IMG/VR virus record: IMGVR_UViG_3300032268_000973
Span: 64,001-128,000 of that record
Origin: a virus
Direction: 5' to 3' (one strand)
DNA: 64,000 nt
The notes under the pieces are model-generated. The model was not told where the DNA came from. It did not search any database and saw only the letters and a program-made list of their open reading frames with translations. Shown piece by piece: positions 21,012 through 30,923 of this stretch; the first letter of the stretch is position 1; the number at the start of each line of letters is the position of its first letter. Both the position numbers and the translations under genes were made by a program.

Positions 21012-22184
21012 ATGAGTAAAAGTGATTCAATTAAATTCATCGATTTTGAAATATCCTCGATTTGTAATGCGGGGTGTTCCGTATGTCCTAGAAGGAGTTT
21101 CGGTCATTTTACCGAATTTGCTCATACCTATTGGTCAATAGAAGATACTATACAAACAATTGATAAAGATATCGCTTCAAATTTGGTAGGATTACAATTT
21201 TGTGGGAATTTTGGGGATCCTATGGGGAATCCAGATGTCTCAAAAATTACAAGATATTTTAGAGAGAACAACGAAGACCTGTCGATTTATGTCAAAACCA
21301 ACGGTGGTATTGGTGATAGTTCATTATATGAAGAATTAGCGGAATTAGGTGTAGTTATTACTTTTGGTATTGACGGGTTTGGTAGTAAAAATGAACTTTA
21401 TCGTGTTAACGTCAAATGGGACAAACTTATTCAGAACTTAGAAAGTTTTACAAAAAAATGTAAGCCAGAACAATTTGAGGTTCAATTCATAATGTGGAGA
21501 GAAACAACTGATCAAATATTACCTATAATCGAATTGATGGAAAAAATTGGTTTTGGTACCTTGTTTTTAAGAAAGCCATTCACCACAGGTATCAAGACAG
21601 AAGTATTCAACATGAGAGGAGAGTCAACTCATTTTTTAACTGAAATACAAGATGTTCGTTTGTGGAAATATTTAGATACCAAGTGGGAATTTAAAGATTT
21701 AGAATCTCTGAAAAAAGAAATTTCAAACTTGAATTTAGGTGAACCATTTGTAGAATACAGTGATTTGAAAATATATCCAAAATCCGAAATCTTACCCAAA
21801 ACATACGAATTTTCAGAAATACCACAAAAAAAGAAAGAAAATAAAAAGTGTCAAACCTGTTTTTCTAAAAATTTCAAAGATCCTAAAAATTTATTTGGGG
21901 AGTGTTATAATATTTTTATAACCCATAACAAATATATAATGCCATGTTGTTTTATACCTCCAAACATTTCCAATGAAATGTTTTTTTCGAGTGGCCAAAA
22001 AACCGATGATCAAAAAGAAGTTTTGAATAGGATGATTGAAATAGGGTTTGAAAAGTTCAATTTGAAAAATAAAACTCTACGAGAGGTATTTGACAGTGGA
22101 GTTTTACATTCATTTGTTTATAATGATTTAATGAATAATACAGAACTCGAAATGTGTAATATTTTTTGTAATAAATGTGATTAA
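21012..22184 (+). CDS. Radical SAM protein with C-terminal SPASM/twitch-like cysteines
   Basis: CNAGCSVC near the N-terminus, GNFGDP, and C-terminal CY...PCC...CNIFC. Confidence 0.85.
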   Translation: MSKSDSIKFIDFEISSICNAGCSVCPRRSFGHFTEFAHTYWSIEDTIQTIDKDIASNLVGLQFCGNFGDPMGNPDVSKITRYFRENNEDLSIYVKTNGGIGDSSLYEELAELGVVITFGIDGFGSKNELYRVNVKWDKLIQNLESFTKKCKPEQFEVQFIMWRETTDQILPIIELMEKIGFGTLFLRKPFTTGIKTEVFNMRGESTHFLTEIQDVRLWKYLDTKWEFKDLESLKKEISNLNLGEPFVEYSDLKIYPKSEILPKTYEFSEIPQKKKENKKCQTCFSKNFKDPKNLFGECYNIFITHNKYIMPCCFIPPNISNEMFFSSGQKTDDQKEVLNRMIEIGFEKFNLKNKTLREVFDSGVLHSFVYNDLMNNTELEMCNIFCNKCD

Positions 22185-22185
22185 T

Positions 22186-23214
22186 ATGAGTCTCAAACAT
22201 CTAATAACTGGAGGTTGTTCATTTACTTCTTACGAAAGAGTCAACATTCATCGTTCGGAGGATGAATTCATGAATGATCCGAAAGAATTTTGGTATTATC
22301 CCCATTGGATTCAGAATCAAGGATCCGACATAAAAGTTTACAACATGGGGAGCCCTGGTAGTGGAAATCTTTCAATTGCTCGGTCAGTAATTTATAAAAT
22401 CAATGAATTATTAACTTCAGGAATCAAAGGGGAAGACCTTTCGATTATTGTCGAATGGAGTAACTTTCATAGAAAAAGTTACTTTGTTTCTAAAAATATA
22501 CTCAAAAGACATCCATTGTCCTCCAATGTAAACTATGCTACAGATTGGATTAAAGAGAAAAAAGCTCCTGGTGAAAAGGGATATTGGCTTACCTGTCAGG
22601 TCCCTGATATGTCTAGGTCATCTTTAGAACAGGTGAACAATCGAGCGTTCAAATTCAATCAACATTATTTAGAAGTTTTATATAATGACGAAGAAAGATT
22701 TATTGAATGGATGGAATACTTTCACCATTTAATAACTTTATGCGAAAACAAAAAAATTAAATTTAAATGTTTTTTCATGCATAATCCTTTCTCTCCCAAA
22801 TATCATTATGGGATGATGCCTTGGAATTTTCAACCAGGTAAGCAAACAATTGATGCTCTATTTGTTGATAAACGAGTTGAAAATACTTGTAATGAAACTG
22901 AAAATGATTTATTCGAAAGATTTCCTTACTCCGAAGGATTATATAAAATGATAGATTGGGGTAAATATTGTTGGTTCTTTAATGAAGAAAATATACACAA
23001 GAATGGTGGAGTTTTGGAATGGACAATCAGGAATCAAATAACTAGTACTTACGAAAACTTTGTGCCATTATATCAAGAATACCATCAATATGGTAGTCAA
23101 AAAAAGACTGAAGAGGCTTTAATTGTTGGACATGCAAGTTCTTGGGGACATACTAGTAGTGAGAACTATAAAAAGTTCACCGAGGAAGTAATTTTAAGTT
23201 GGGGGATATTATAA
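22186..23214 (+). CDS. SGNH/GDSL-like protein
   Basis: ATG at 22186; LITGGCSFT, NMGSPGSGN and C-terminal WGHT. Confidence 0.6.
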   Translation: MSLKHLITGGCSFTSYERVNIHRSEDEFMNDPKEFWYYPHWIQNQGSDIKVYNMGSPGSGNLSIARSVIYKINELLTSGIKGEDLSIIVEWSNFHRKSYFVSKNILKRHPLSSNVNYATDWIKEKKAPGEKGYWLTCQVPDMSRSSLEQVNNRAFKFNQHYLEVLYNDEERFIEWMEYFHHLITLCENKKIKFKCFFMHNPFSPKYHYGMMPWNFQPGKQTIDALFVDKRVENTCNETENDLFERFPYSEGLYKMIDWGKYCWFFNEENIHKNGGVLEWTIRNQITSTYENFVPLYQEYHQYGSQKKTEEALIVGHASSWGHTSSENYKKFTEEVILSWGIL

Positions 23215-24036
23215 ATGAAAAATCTTTTAATTACTTTGGGGGATTCTTTTACCTACGGAGAAGGGTTGACTTATGAGTTCATTCAAAAAAATCATCCTGA
23301 TGGATTCCAAGAAATTTTTAATACACCGAAAAACATTTTAGGAAATCAAATTTTTCGATTATCTGAAATGGTAAAAGATTTTGATAAGTATAGGGTAGAA
23401 AATAACTATTCTTTTTTCTTAAAAGAGAAGTTAAATACCTCATTAATCTCGAGTAGTGAAAACGGTGGTCGTAATGTAGAAAGACTGATGAATTTAGATT
23501 TTATAATAGAAAATTTGAAATTTATTAAAAATAGTACTCCAAAATACTTGGTTTTTCAATTGACACATATAGGGAGAGATATCGAGGACATGTTGATAAC
23601 AAATAACAGAACTGAAAAATATATTTTAGAAACATTTGGAATTGATTTTATAACCAAGGTAAAAAATGCCTCGGTAAATGAAAAAACTGCTTGGGACTTA
23701 GACCTTTTTTTTGAGGAAGCCGTGGAAATTTTCATAACAAAACTTCAAGATAGGTTTAATTTTTTAAAAGAAAAATATGGGACTAAATGTTTATTTTTTT
23801 TCGGATTAGGAGATTTGAAATCAATAGAAAAAAAACATAAGAATTATTTAACCAATCCATACTTTATGGAAATTATTGATAATAGCATAGTTTATTATAC
23901 TTGGTTAGATATGTGTTTAAAATTGAAATTAAATTTAAGGTCCAAATTAGGTGTTCTTGATGACCATCCTACCTCTGAATCACATAAGTTAATCGCAGAT
24001 AAACTATATCAAAAACTAACGGCTGATGGTTTCTAA
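23215..24036 (+). CDS. SGNH/GDSL-like protein
   Basis: LGDSFTYGEG, NGGRN, DDHPTSESH. Confidence 0.7.
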   Translation: MKNLLITLGDSFTYGEGLTYEFIQKNHPDGFQEIFNTPKNILGNQIFRLSEMVKDFDKYRVENNYSFFLKEKLNTSLISSSENGGRNVERLMNLDFIIENLKFIKNSTPKYLVFQLTHIGRDIEDMLITNNRTEKYILETFGIDFITKVKNASVNEKTAWDLDLFFEEAVEIFITKLQDRFNFLKEKYGTKCLFFFGLGDLKSIEKKHKNYLTNPYFMEIIDNSIVYYTWLDMCLKLKLNLRSKLGVLDDHPTSESHKLIADKLYQKLTADGF

Positions 24037-24820
24037 AATGTATGTAAATGGATGTAGCTGGACCGATGGAGATACTCTTTCGGTTAATGGTTTATTAGAT
24101 CGATTAAACATTAAAGAATCTGGTAAAAATTTTTCTTATCCTAAATTGTTGGCGGATTATTATAGTTTAAGTTTGACTGACGATTCAAGGTATGGGGGCT
24201 CTCTGAATAGGATAATACGTAAAACATGGAGATACATTGAGAGTCAAGAAAATTTAAAAGAAACAGTTTTTATTTTAGAGATTCCCAATGGTATTCGAGA
24301 TGAAATATTTTGTGTTGATTCTAATGACTATTTGAATGTAACTCCATCAGATTTAGATATTACTGATGAAGTTCGTAGTAAAAATTTTTTTTGGAGGAAA
24401 TACAAAAAGGATATAATATCTTATTATGAAAAATTTTGGGATTTCGAAGAATTCGAATTTAAAGAATGGATAAATTTTTTTTCATTGTTAGTTTATATTA
24501 AAAATTATACTAACCATGTATACTTGATACACTATGATCGTCTGTTCATAGATAAAATTCCTTACTTGAATATTGAAAAATTTTTATCCGATCAAAATTT
24601 TATCAAATTGATCCATCCTAAGTCAAAAATTCAATATAAGTACATCGAAGACTTATGTAAAAAAGAAAAAATTTCAATTGGTGACATTACTGGAGTATTC
24701 GACTCACATCCGAATTTATCTGGCCATAAAATAATTTACCAAATAATAAGAGAACATTTAAATGACATGGATGATTTTTCACAAATAAAACAGAATTATG
24801 AGGGGGATTATTTACACTGA
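24026..24820 (+). CDS. SGNH/GDSL-like protein
   Basis: YVNGCSWTDG, YGGSLNR, DSHPNLSGH. Confidence 0.7.
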   Translation: MVSKMYVNGCSWTDGDTLSVNGLLDRLNIKESGKNFSYPKLLADYYSLSLTDDSRYGGSLNRIIRKTWRYIESQENLKETVFILEIPNGIRDEIFCVDSNDYLNVTPSDLDITDEVRSKNFFWRKYKKDIISYYEKFWDFEEFEFKEWINFFSLLVYIKNYTNHVYLIHYDRLFIDKIPYLNIEKFLSDQNFIKLIHPKSKIQYKYIEDLCKKEKISIGDITGVFDSHPNLSGHKIIYQIIREHLNDMDDFSQIKQNYEGDYLH

Positions 24821-25895
24821 CGACGGTAATTTGATTGAGATTGTTGATAATGAAAACAATTACTCTTTACCTAAAGAATTTATAAATTTAAGAAACGATA
24901 TTCTTACCATCGTTTTTTATAATTCATTCGGATATAATTTTACAGAATTTTATAAAAAAGAAAGTTTAATCGAAAAAATTTACGAATACGAAAAAAAGTT
25001 CGGGATTGTTAAAAAAATAGTATTGGTTTTCAATGAAATCATTGTTGACCCAACTCAGATTTATAAATTAGAAAATGAAATATTTCGTAAATTTTATTAT
25101 TGCACCTACGACATGGAAGCTCCGAAAGATGGTAAAAAATTATTTTTACCCCTTTCATTATTATCTCAATTGGACTTTGCTTTGAATTCAGGATATCTCG
25201 AGGCTAAAAAATTTTTATTGACAATGACTTCAAATTATTACGATTTAGTGAAACCTCATAAAGCGGTTTTTTTATCTAATCACGTAAGTCCAATTAGAAT
25301 TGATATTTTCAACATTTTAAAAAATACGGATAATCTAAAGAACTGTGCTTGGTCATTTCAAAAAAAGTTGGTTTATTATAGTGACGAAAAACATGACTTG
25401 GATCTTTTTTTTGAGGAGAATAAAGAATTGATCCCGTTTTCATATGATGGATTTGATGATAAAAGAAATGTATTAAAGAGCACTTATTTTTATCAATTTG
25501 AGTCTTATTTCGAAATTTCTACAGATTCATATTTTTTCAAAGATATTCGAAATATAAGTAAATTTTCACCCGTGACCGAAAAAATTGTTAAACCAATTTT
25601 ATCATTTATCCCATTCATTATGTTTGGGTCACCTAGACTGAAACATAATCTCGAACAAATTGGTATGACTTTCAATTGTCCAATTTATGGATTTTATGAT
25701 AATTCTTCTCAAGAAAGTATTGATCAAGGGCTAGAGCATGTAAGAAACATGATTACTAAAAGCAAAGAGGAATTGCACAAAATATATTTTGAATACTTCA
25801 ATGAATTCACTAAAAATAATGAAAGTTTTTTACAGTATTTTTCGGATTTGAGAAAATCCTATAAAAATAATATTTTAAATGTAACAATTATATGA
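24798..25895 (+). CDS. Putative GT-B glycosyltransferase ('TEK..KP' family, GT10-like motif)
   Basis: FEISTDS...VTEKIVKPILSFIPFIMFG...LEQIG. Confidence 0.45.
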   Translation: MRGIIYTDDGNLIEIVDNENNYSLPKEFINLRNDILTIVFYNSFGYNFTEFYKKESLIEKIYEYEKKFGIVKKIVLVFNEIIVDPTQIYKLENEIFRKFYYCTYDMEAPKDGKKLFLPLSLLSQLDFALNSGYLEAKKFLLTMTSNYYDLVKPHKAVFLSNHVSPIRIDIFNILKNTDNLKNCAWSFQKKLVYYSDEKHDLDLFFEENKELIPFSYDGFDDKRNVLKSTYFYQFESYFEISTDSYFFKDIRNISKFSPVTEKIVKPILSFIPFIMFGSPRLKHNLEQIGMTFNCPIYGFYDNSSQESIDQGLEHVRNMITKSKEELHKIYFEYFNEFTKNNESFLQYFSDLRKSYKNNILNVTII

Positions 25896-26956
25896 AACAT
25901 GTAATCTTCGCAGGATGTTCATTCTCAGATGATGGGGCACTGTCCGATGATTTTGATAAATCTCAATATTCCAAAAGTATGAATTTGAATGATTTAAGAT
26001 ATCCTGTCTCAGTAAAAATACATCAACTTCTCACTTTTGATTTGATTACACAAAATGTTGATGATGTTGTAATACACACAATTGCTAGAGGGTCTTTTGG
26101 AAATCATATAATTTTCGAAAAATTGAAAAGTAAAATTTATGAAATCAAAGAAAACCACAGAGACGCTGAAATTTTTGCTGTGGTTCAGTTGACCGCCTTT
26201 GCTCGTGAGGGAGTCAAAAGTCTTCCTTGGATTGAAATAAGTAAATATCCATACGATTACCCAACTAAAAATTTGAATTATTTTAATTTCAAGGAAATAA
26301 AAAATTTTTTTGAAGTCCACTTGGATAATTTAATATCAATGAGAAACTTTTTACAAGATCAAGATGTTACTCATAATTTTTATTTTGGTTGGGCTAATAT
26401 ATTCACTGAAGATATAATTGCTTATGACTTACAAAATAAAATGGATGAGTTGAAAAACTTTATAAATTTCTATGAGTATACAAATACGATTGATGAAATT
26501 GGTGTATATTGTGCTGGTAAAAAAATTGTTACTGATAAGATCAATGAAGACAAAATTTTCGAAAATCTTTACAAGATTAGACCTGATAGATTTGGAGGAT
26601 TAATAGAATATGGAAGAGATAATTTAAAATTGGGGGAAAGATATCATCTTATTTTTGATCCTCACCCTTCATCCAAAACTTATTATATTTATTATAAGAA
26701 TGTTCTCCGTGATTGGTTTTTCAAAGTTGGAGTAATAAAAGAAAACGATGAAATGGATTCTCATTTTTTACAATTATTGGATAAAATTTTTGAATTTGAA
26801 TATACTCGATTTATATCAACTTTGAAAACAAAAAACACTGATTATGTTGAAATTGACCATTTATCCTTTAATTTAATTAAAACAGAAAAGTTTTTAGATA
26901 AAAATTATACAAGTGAACAATTCAATAAATTACAAAATAAATTAAGAATTTTATGA
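25892..26956 (+). CDS. SGNH/GDSL-like protein
   Basis: IFAGCSFSD, ARGSFGN, DPHPS. Confidence 0.65.
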   Translation: MKHVIFAGCSFSDDGALSDDFDKSQYSKSMNLNDLRYPVSVKIHQLLTFDLITQNVDDVVIHTIARGSFGNHIIFEKLKSKIYEIKENHRDAEIFAVVQLTAFAREGVKSLPWIEISKYPYDYPTKNLNYFNFKEIKNFFEVHLDNLISMRNFLQDQDVTHNFYFGWANIFTEDIIAYDLQNKMDELKNFINFYEYTNTIDEIGVYCAGKKIVTDKINEDKIFENLYKIRPDRFGGLIEYGRDNLKLGERYHLIFDPHPSSKTYYIYYKNVLRDWFFKVGVIKENDEMDSHFLQLLDKIFEFEYTRFISTLKTKNTDYVEIDHLSFNLIKTEKFLDKNYTSEQFNKLQNKLRIL

Positions 26957-27780
26957 GAATTTTTGTTTTAGGAGACTCCTATTCAGACAATTTGTTTCAA
27001 AGATCCAAAGAAACTACAAACTTACCAGAAATAACAAAATACGTTGATTCAGTCAATGAGGAAACAAGTGAAAAAGCAAAATGGTGGACCGATTGGTTAT
27101 CAGAATGGGGATATGAAGTTTTCAACTACGCCATCGGAGGATCAACAATGGAGTCCCTAATTTATCAATTTGCAAAAATTGATGAAAATTATGAAGTGGG
27201 TGATAGAATTATTTTGAATTTAACGCATCCTTCGAGATACAATTGGTACGATGATATGGGGAATTGCATGTTTATCCATAATCGATCTGATCAATTTCAA
27301 TATCGAATAGTTAAAGATTTAATAGAAGAACAGGCAATAAATAGGGATATCAGTTTCAATGATAATTATCTAAGTCAGAATTTAACCCCTTTCCTGAAAT
27401 ACCTTATAAATAAACATTCCTATTATAGACCAATCGTGTGGACAACCTTTTGGGATGTCATAAATCATTTCGTGGGGTATAAATATTTTTTCGAAACACA
27501 TAAAATAATGAATCTCAGAAAAGATTTAGATGTTAAACGTTGTTTCGAACGAGGGGTAGATTGGAAATCTAAACTTGAAATGGACAAAGAATCTTCATAC
27601 TTTGTTCAAGATGGACACTTTGGAAGATATGGGAATTATGAATTAGCCATAATGTTTCGATGTATTCTTGAATCAAATACAGATGGGTACTATTTAGAGG
27701 ATCAGTCTCTAAATTCCGAATTGGAAAAAACTATCTTGGAATATGATAAAGTTTTCGAAGTACCGAAGTCTTGGTTATAA
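26953..27780 (+). CDS. SGNH/GDSL-like protein
   Basis: VLGDSYSD, NYAIGGS, DGHFGRYGN. Confidence 0.7.
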   Translation: MRIFVLGDSYSDNLFQRSKETTNLPEITKYVDSVNEETSEKAKWWTDWLSEWGYEVFNYAIGGSTMESLIYQFAKIDENYEVGDRIILNLTHPSRYNWYDDMGNCMFIHNRSDQFQYRIVKDLIEEQAINRDISFNDNYLSQNLTPFLKYLINKHSYYRPIVWTTFWDVINHFVGYKYFFETHKIMNLRKDLDVKRCFERGVDWKSKLEMDKESSYFVQDGHFGRYGNYELAIMFRCILESNTDGYYLEDQSLNSELEKTILEYDKVFEVPKSWL

Positions 27781-27791
27781 TTTGATTAAGA

Positions 27792-28337
27792 TCAACTATA
27801 ATATAGTTCTGGATATTCAACAATTACATTGATCCCTCCTTTGTTGTAACAATTGGAATATACCTCATCTATTTTTTCCCAATGATCCAAATCGTAAAAA
27901 TTAATGTTGGGGCATAATTCTCGAAATTGGTTTAAATAGTTTCCTTTGTGTTGATGACCAGGATCCAAAGGTTTGTCCGATCCTTTTCCTAGTCTTATAA
28001 TTATATTGGGGGTCCAATCACCCCCACTCATCAATCCTATCTTGTCTAAATGGTTTACTAGCTGGTTTGTTGCACAAATAATAAAATCCCAACGTGGATA
28101 AAAAGTGATTACAAATTTTCCAGTCATTGCCATTCCTAAACTCATTCCCATCTGAGATTCCTCCATTACGGGTAATTCGATCATCTTAGACTTTGGGACT
28201 TCTCCCAAAGTTGTGCTCATAGGATTACCTTGAAAAATAATTTGTTGACCTACGAATATGGTATCATCTTTTTTCCCTAATTCGGTCATTACATTTGTTA
28301 ATGCATCTTTGTATCTGGTATATTGTGGTTTTGTCAT
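27792..28337 (-). CDS. Minimal TPP-dependent E1-beta/transketolase pyrimidine-binding subunit
   Basis: IFVGQ, ELPVMEESQMGMSLGMA, NQLVNH and HQH; only 181 aa, lacking the transketolase C-terminal domain. Confidence 0.75.
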   Translation of the reverse strand: MTKPQYTRYKDALTNVMTELGKKDDTIFVGQQIIFQGNPMSTTLGEVPKSKMIELPVMEESQMGMSLGMAMTGKFVITFYPRWDFIICATNQLVNHLDKIGLMSGGDWTPNIIIRLGKGSDKPLDPGHQHKGNYLNQFRELCPNINFYDLDHWEKIDEVYSNCYNKGGINVIVEYPELYYS

Positions 28338-29179
28338 ACTAAATTTTTTTCTTTTAATTTATTGTAAATAAACTCTGAATATTTTTGATTTCCAAAATAC
28401 CCTAAATGTGAGTCGGTTGTGTCTGATATTTCGTCACATATTCTCCATCCTTGTTTAACCGAAAGTTCCCATATTGTTGGGATTTCGATTATGTTGGGAT
28501 TCAATTTGTGGCTGTAGTTATTTTTATATAAAACTAATGAATTTTTATCGTATCCTGAAGCAGTAAACAAACTGTCATTCAAATCAATGTTATAATTTAT
28601 TTTTTTGTTATCTAAGAAATTATAAAAAAGAATAAGTTGTCTTACCATCCGTGTTATTTCTACTTCAAAATCATAATACTCGTCAACGAACATGTTAATT
28701 TTTTCATTATGTTTGAAGTAATCTTCATAATTCAAATTGTATTCTTTTTTTGTATAAGCTCTAGAAAATGAAATCTTTGAATTTATTATTTTGTTTTCTA
28801 TTTCTATAGGGTAGATTTTATTATATACTGAAACGACCAAATAATCCTGAAATTCCTTCGAGTATAATTCCATTCTATTAGGTTGTAGTGGGATATCGAA
28901 TAAAAAAAGGGTGGAGGATATTTCAGATTCTGAGAGTGTGTCAATGTAATCAAATGTTTTTCTTATTAGTCTATCCAACCCACCACCTTGTTTTGAATCA
29001 TTTACACATTCAACATCCAATTTTGTTGATAGTAGGTTCCCATATGAAACCTCTTTTTCCGATTTCCATTTTTTTTGTTCGAGATTCTGAGTGTAATATT
29101 TGTAAAATTCTGATCCGACTTCTAAACTTCCACCACAACTTAAACTACTACCGTTGATATAAATTCTTTCAAGTTTCAT
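28334..29179 (-). CDS. SGNH/GDSL-like protein
   Basis: YINGSSLSCG, NDSKQGGG, DSHLGYFGN. Confidence 0.65.
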   Translation of the reverse strand: MKLERIYINGSSLSCGGSLEVGSEFYKYYTQNLEQKKWKSEKEVSYGNLLSTKLDVECVNDSKQGGGLDRLIRKTFDYIDTLSESEISSTLFLFDIPLQPNRMELYSKEFQDYLVVSVYNKIYPIEIENKIINSKISFSRAYTKKEYNLNYEDYFKHNEKINMFVDEYYDFEVEITRMVRQLILFYNFLDNKKINYNIDLNDSLFTASGYDKNSLVLYKNNYSHKLNPNIIEIPTIWELSVKQGWRICDEISDTTDSHLGYFGNQKYSEFIYNKLKEKNLV

Positions 29180-30154
29180 TTATTCAAACTCTTTCTTATT
29201 TTCAATATACCAATCATAAGTTAATTTTAAACCGTTATCTAATGAAGTTTTAGGGGTCCAATTAAACTTCGACATAAACTTACTTGAATTTATTTTTCTA
29301 ACAGGAATCATGGATGGTTTTCCTTTTATAAATTCAATTGGAGCTTCATAACTCACAATTTTTTTCATTAAATCCAAGACCTCTAAAACGGAATATACTT
29401 TATTCGATCCAACATTATATACTTCAAACATTTCTGTTTCATTCTCCATAACTTTTTGAAGTGCATCTACAAAATCTTCGATATATAATAAATCTCTAAG
29501 TTCTAATCCATCACCCCAAATTGGTATTGGATTCATTTGATCTGCTACTTTTCTTATTGTTGCGGGAGTTACGTGACATTTGTTCAAATTGTATTTGTCA
29601 TGAGGACCGTATAGGTTCGCGGGCCTGATTACAGTACATTTCATTTTTTTATTAAGATGTCGACCAAAGAGCTCACATTGAATTTCGGCATAACGTTTCA
29701 TCCAACCAACTGGAAAATATACAGGATATGGTTCATTATATAAAAAATCAGTTTCAATTACTGGTTCATCTCCTTTAGGTGGATAAACTGTGTTCGAAGA
29801 GATGAAAATATAATGATTAACACCATTTCTCCAAGCGGCATCAATTAAAAAATTATTCATTGCCACATTTGGAGTAACGTGGAGTAAAGGATCTTCAATA
29901 GTATCAACTGCATTAGATGTTGAGGCCGCACAATGGAATACGACATCAATTCCCTTTGTTATGTCCAAACATTTCTCATGAGTCATTAAATCCCCATTCC
30001 AATATTCAACTTCATCATAAACAATTCTAGGTTGTCTGACGTGCACTAAAACTTTAATATTTTTATACCCCTCGCTTAATAGTTTGGAGGTTAAATTTTG
30101 ACCAACCAAACCAGATCCACCAGTGATTAGTATTTTTGAATTTTTATTTATCAT
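29180..30154 (-). CDS. GDP-fucose-synthase-like NDP-sugar epimerase/reductase
   Basis: GGSGLVG, RPANLYGPHD, HVTPATIRK and WGDG...RDLLY. The YxxxK position reads VGWMK. Confidence 0.8.
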   Translation of the reverse strand: MINKNSKILITGGSGLVGQNLTSKLLSEGYKNIKVLVHVRQPRIVYDEVEYWNGDLMTHEKCLDITKGIDVVFHCAASTSNAVDTIEDPLLHVTPNVAMNNFLIDAAWRNGVNHYIFISSNTVYPPKGDEPVIETDFLYNEPYPVYFPVGWMKRYAEIQCELFGRHLNKKMKCTVIRPANLYGPHDKYNLNKCHVTPATIRKVADQMNPIPIWGDGLELRDLLYIEDFVDALQKVMENETEMFEVYNVGSNKVYSVLEVLDLMKKIVSYEAPIEFIKGKPSMIPVRKINSSKFMSKFNWTPKTSLDNGLKLTYDWYIENKKEFE

Positions 30155-30923
30155 ATAATTTTATTTTTTCTATAAACTCGTAAAGTTCTTGACTAATTAT
30201 TTCATATCCAATGTGATTAGGATGTTGACTTGCTCTTGTTTCAAATTTTTCATCTTGGTATTCCCAAAGATCAACTTTATTTATTTCATTCAAATAAGTT
30301 CTGAAAGTTTTGATTCCGAAATTCCAATAGTATTTTTTATCAATAAACTCAGTGATATCGTCTTTTTTTTCTAAGTCAATTAACATTGACTCGAACGAAT
30401 CACACATAATGTATTTTATATCAAAAAAACTTAACATACGTTGAATAAAAATTATATAATATTGATTCACAATATTATAATAGTTTTGTCTGAAAAGATC
30501 TGATATAAAAAATTTTTTGTAGTCAGAGAAAAAAGTGTCAAAATTTTTATTGTCACTTGTGTAAGAATTCAAGAATTTATGTGGTTCTTCAGTGAGATGT
30601 TTTATTGACCAAGTTACCCATTCACCTGATGGTAAAAATGGAACTGGATCTCTCAAAGATGAACTCCACATGATTATAACTAAATCTGAAGGATTTATTA
30701 CCTTATTTCTTATATCATCAACTATATTGTTAAAAATTTTGAAATTTGAGTTACCTGATACTCCATTGTTGACAGACTCAATCCCAAACTTTTTAGCGAG
30801 TAAATTAACCCAACTATAGTTTTTTTGAAATAATATTTTTTCTTCTTTATCTAGTTTGTCCTCGATCAATCTATTACATCCTTGGCCAACTGTCCAACTA
30901 TCTCCGTAAGCTCTTAAAATCAT
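30144..30923 (-). CDS. SGNH/GDSL-like protein
   Basis: AYGDSWTVG, NNGVSGNSN, QHPNHIGY. Confidence 0.75.
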   Translation of the reverse strand: MILRAYGDSWTVGQGCNRLIEDKLDKEEKILFQKNYSWVNLLAKKFGIESVNNGVSGNSNFKIFNNIVDDIRNKVINPSDLVIIMWSSSLRDPVPFLPSGEWVTWSIKHLTEEPHKFLNSYTSDNKNFDTFFSDYKKFFISDLFRQNYYNIVNQYYIIFIQRMLSFFDIKYIMCDSFESMLIDLEKKDDITEFIDKKYYWNFGIKTFRTYLNEINKVDLWEYQDEKFETRASQHPNHIGYEIISQELYEFIEKIKLYDK

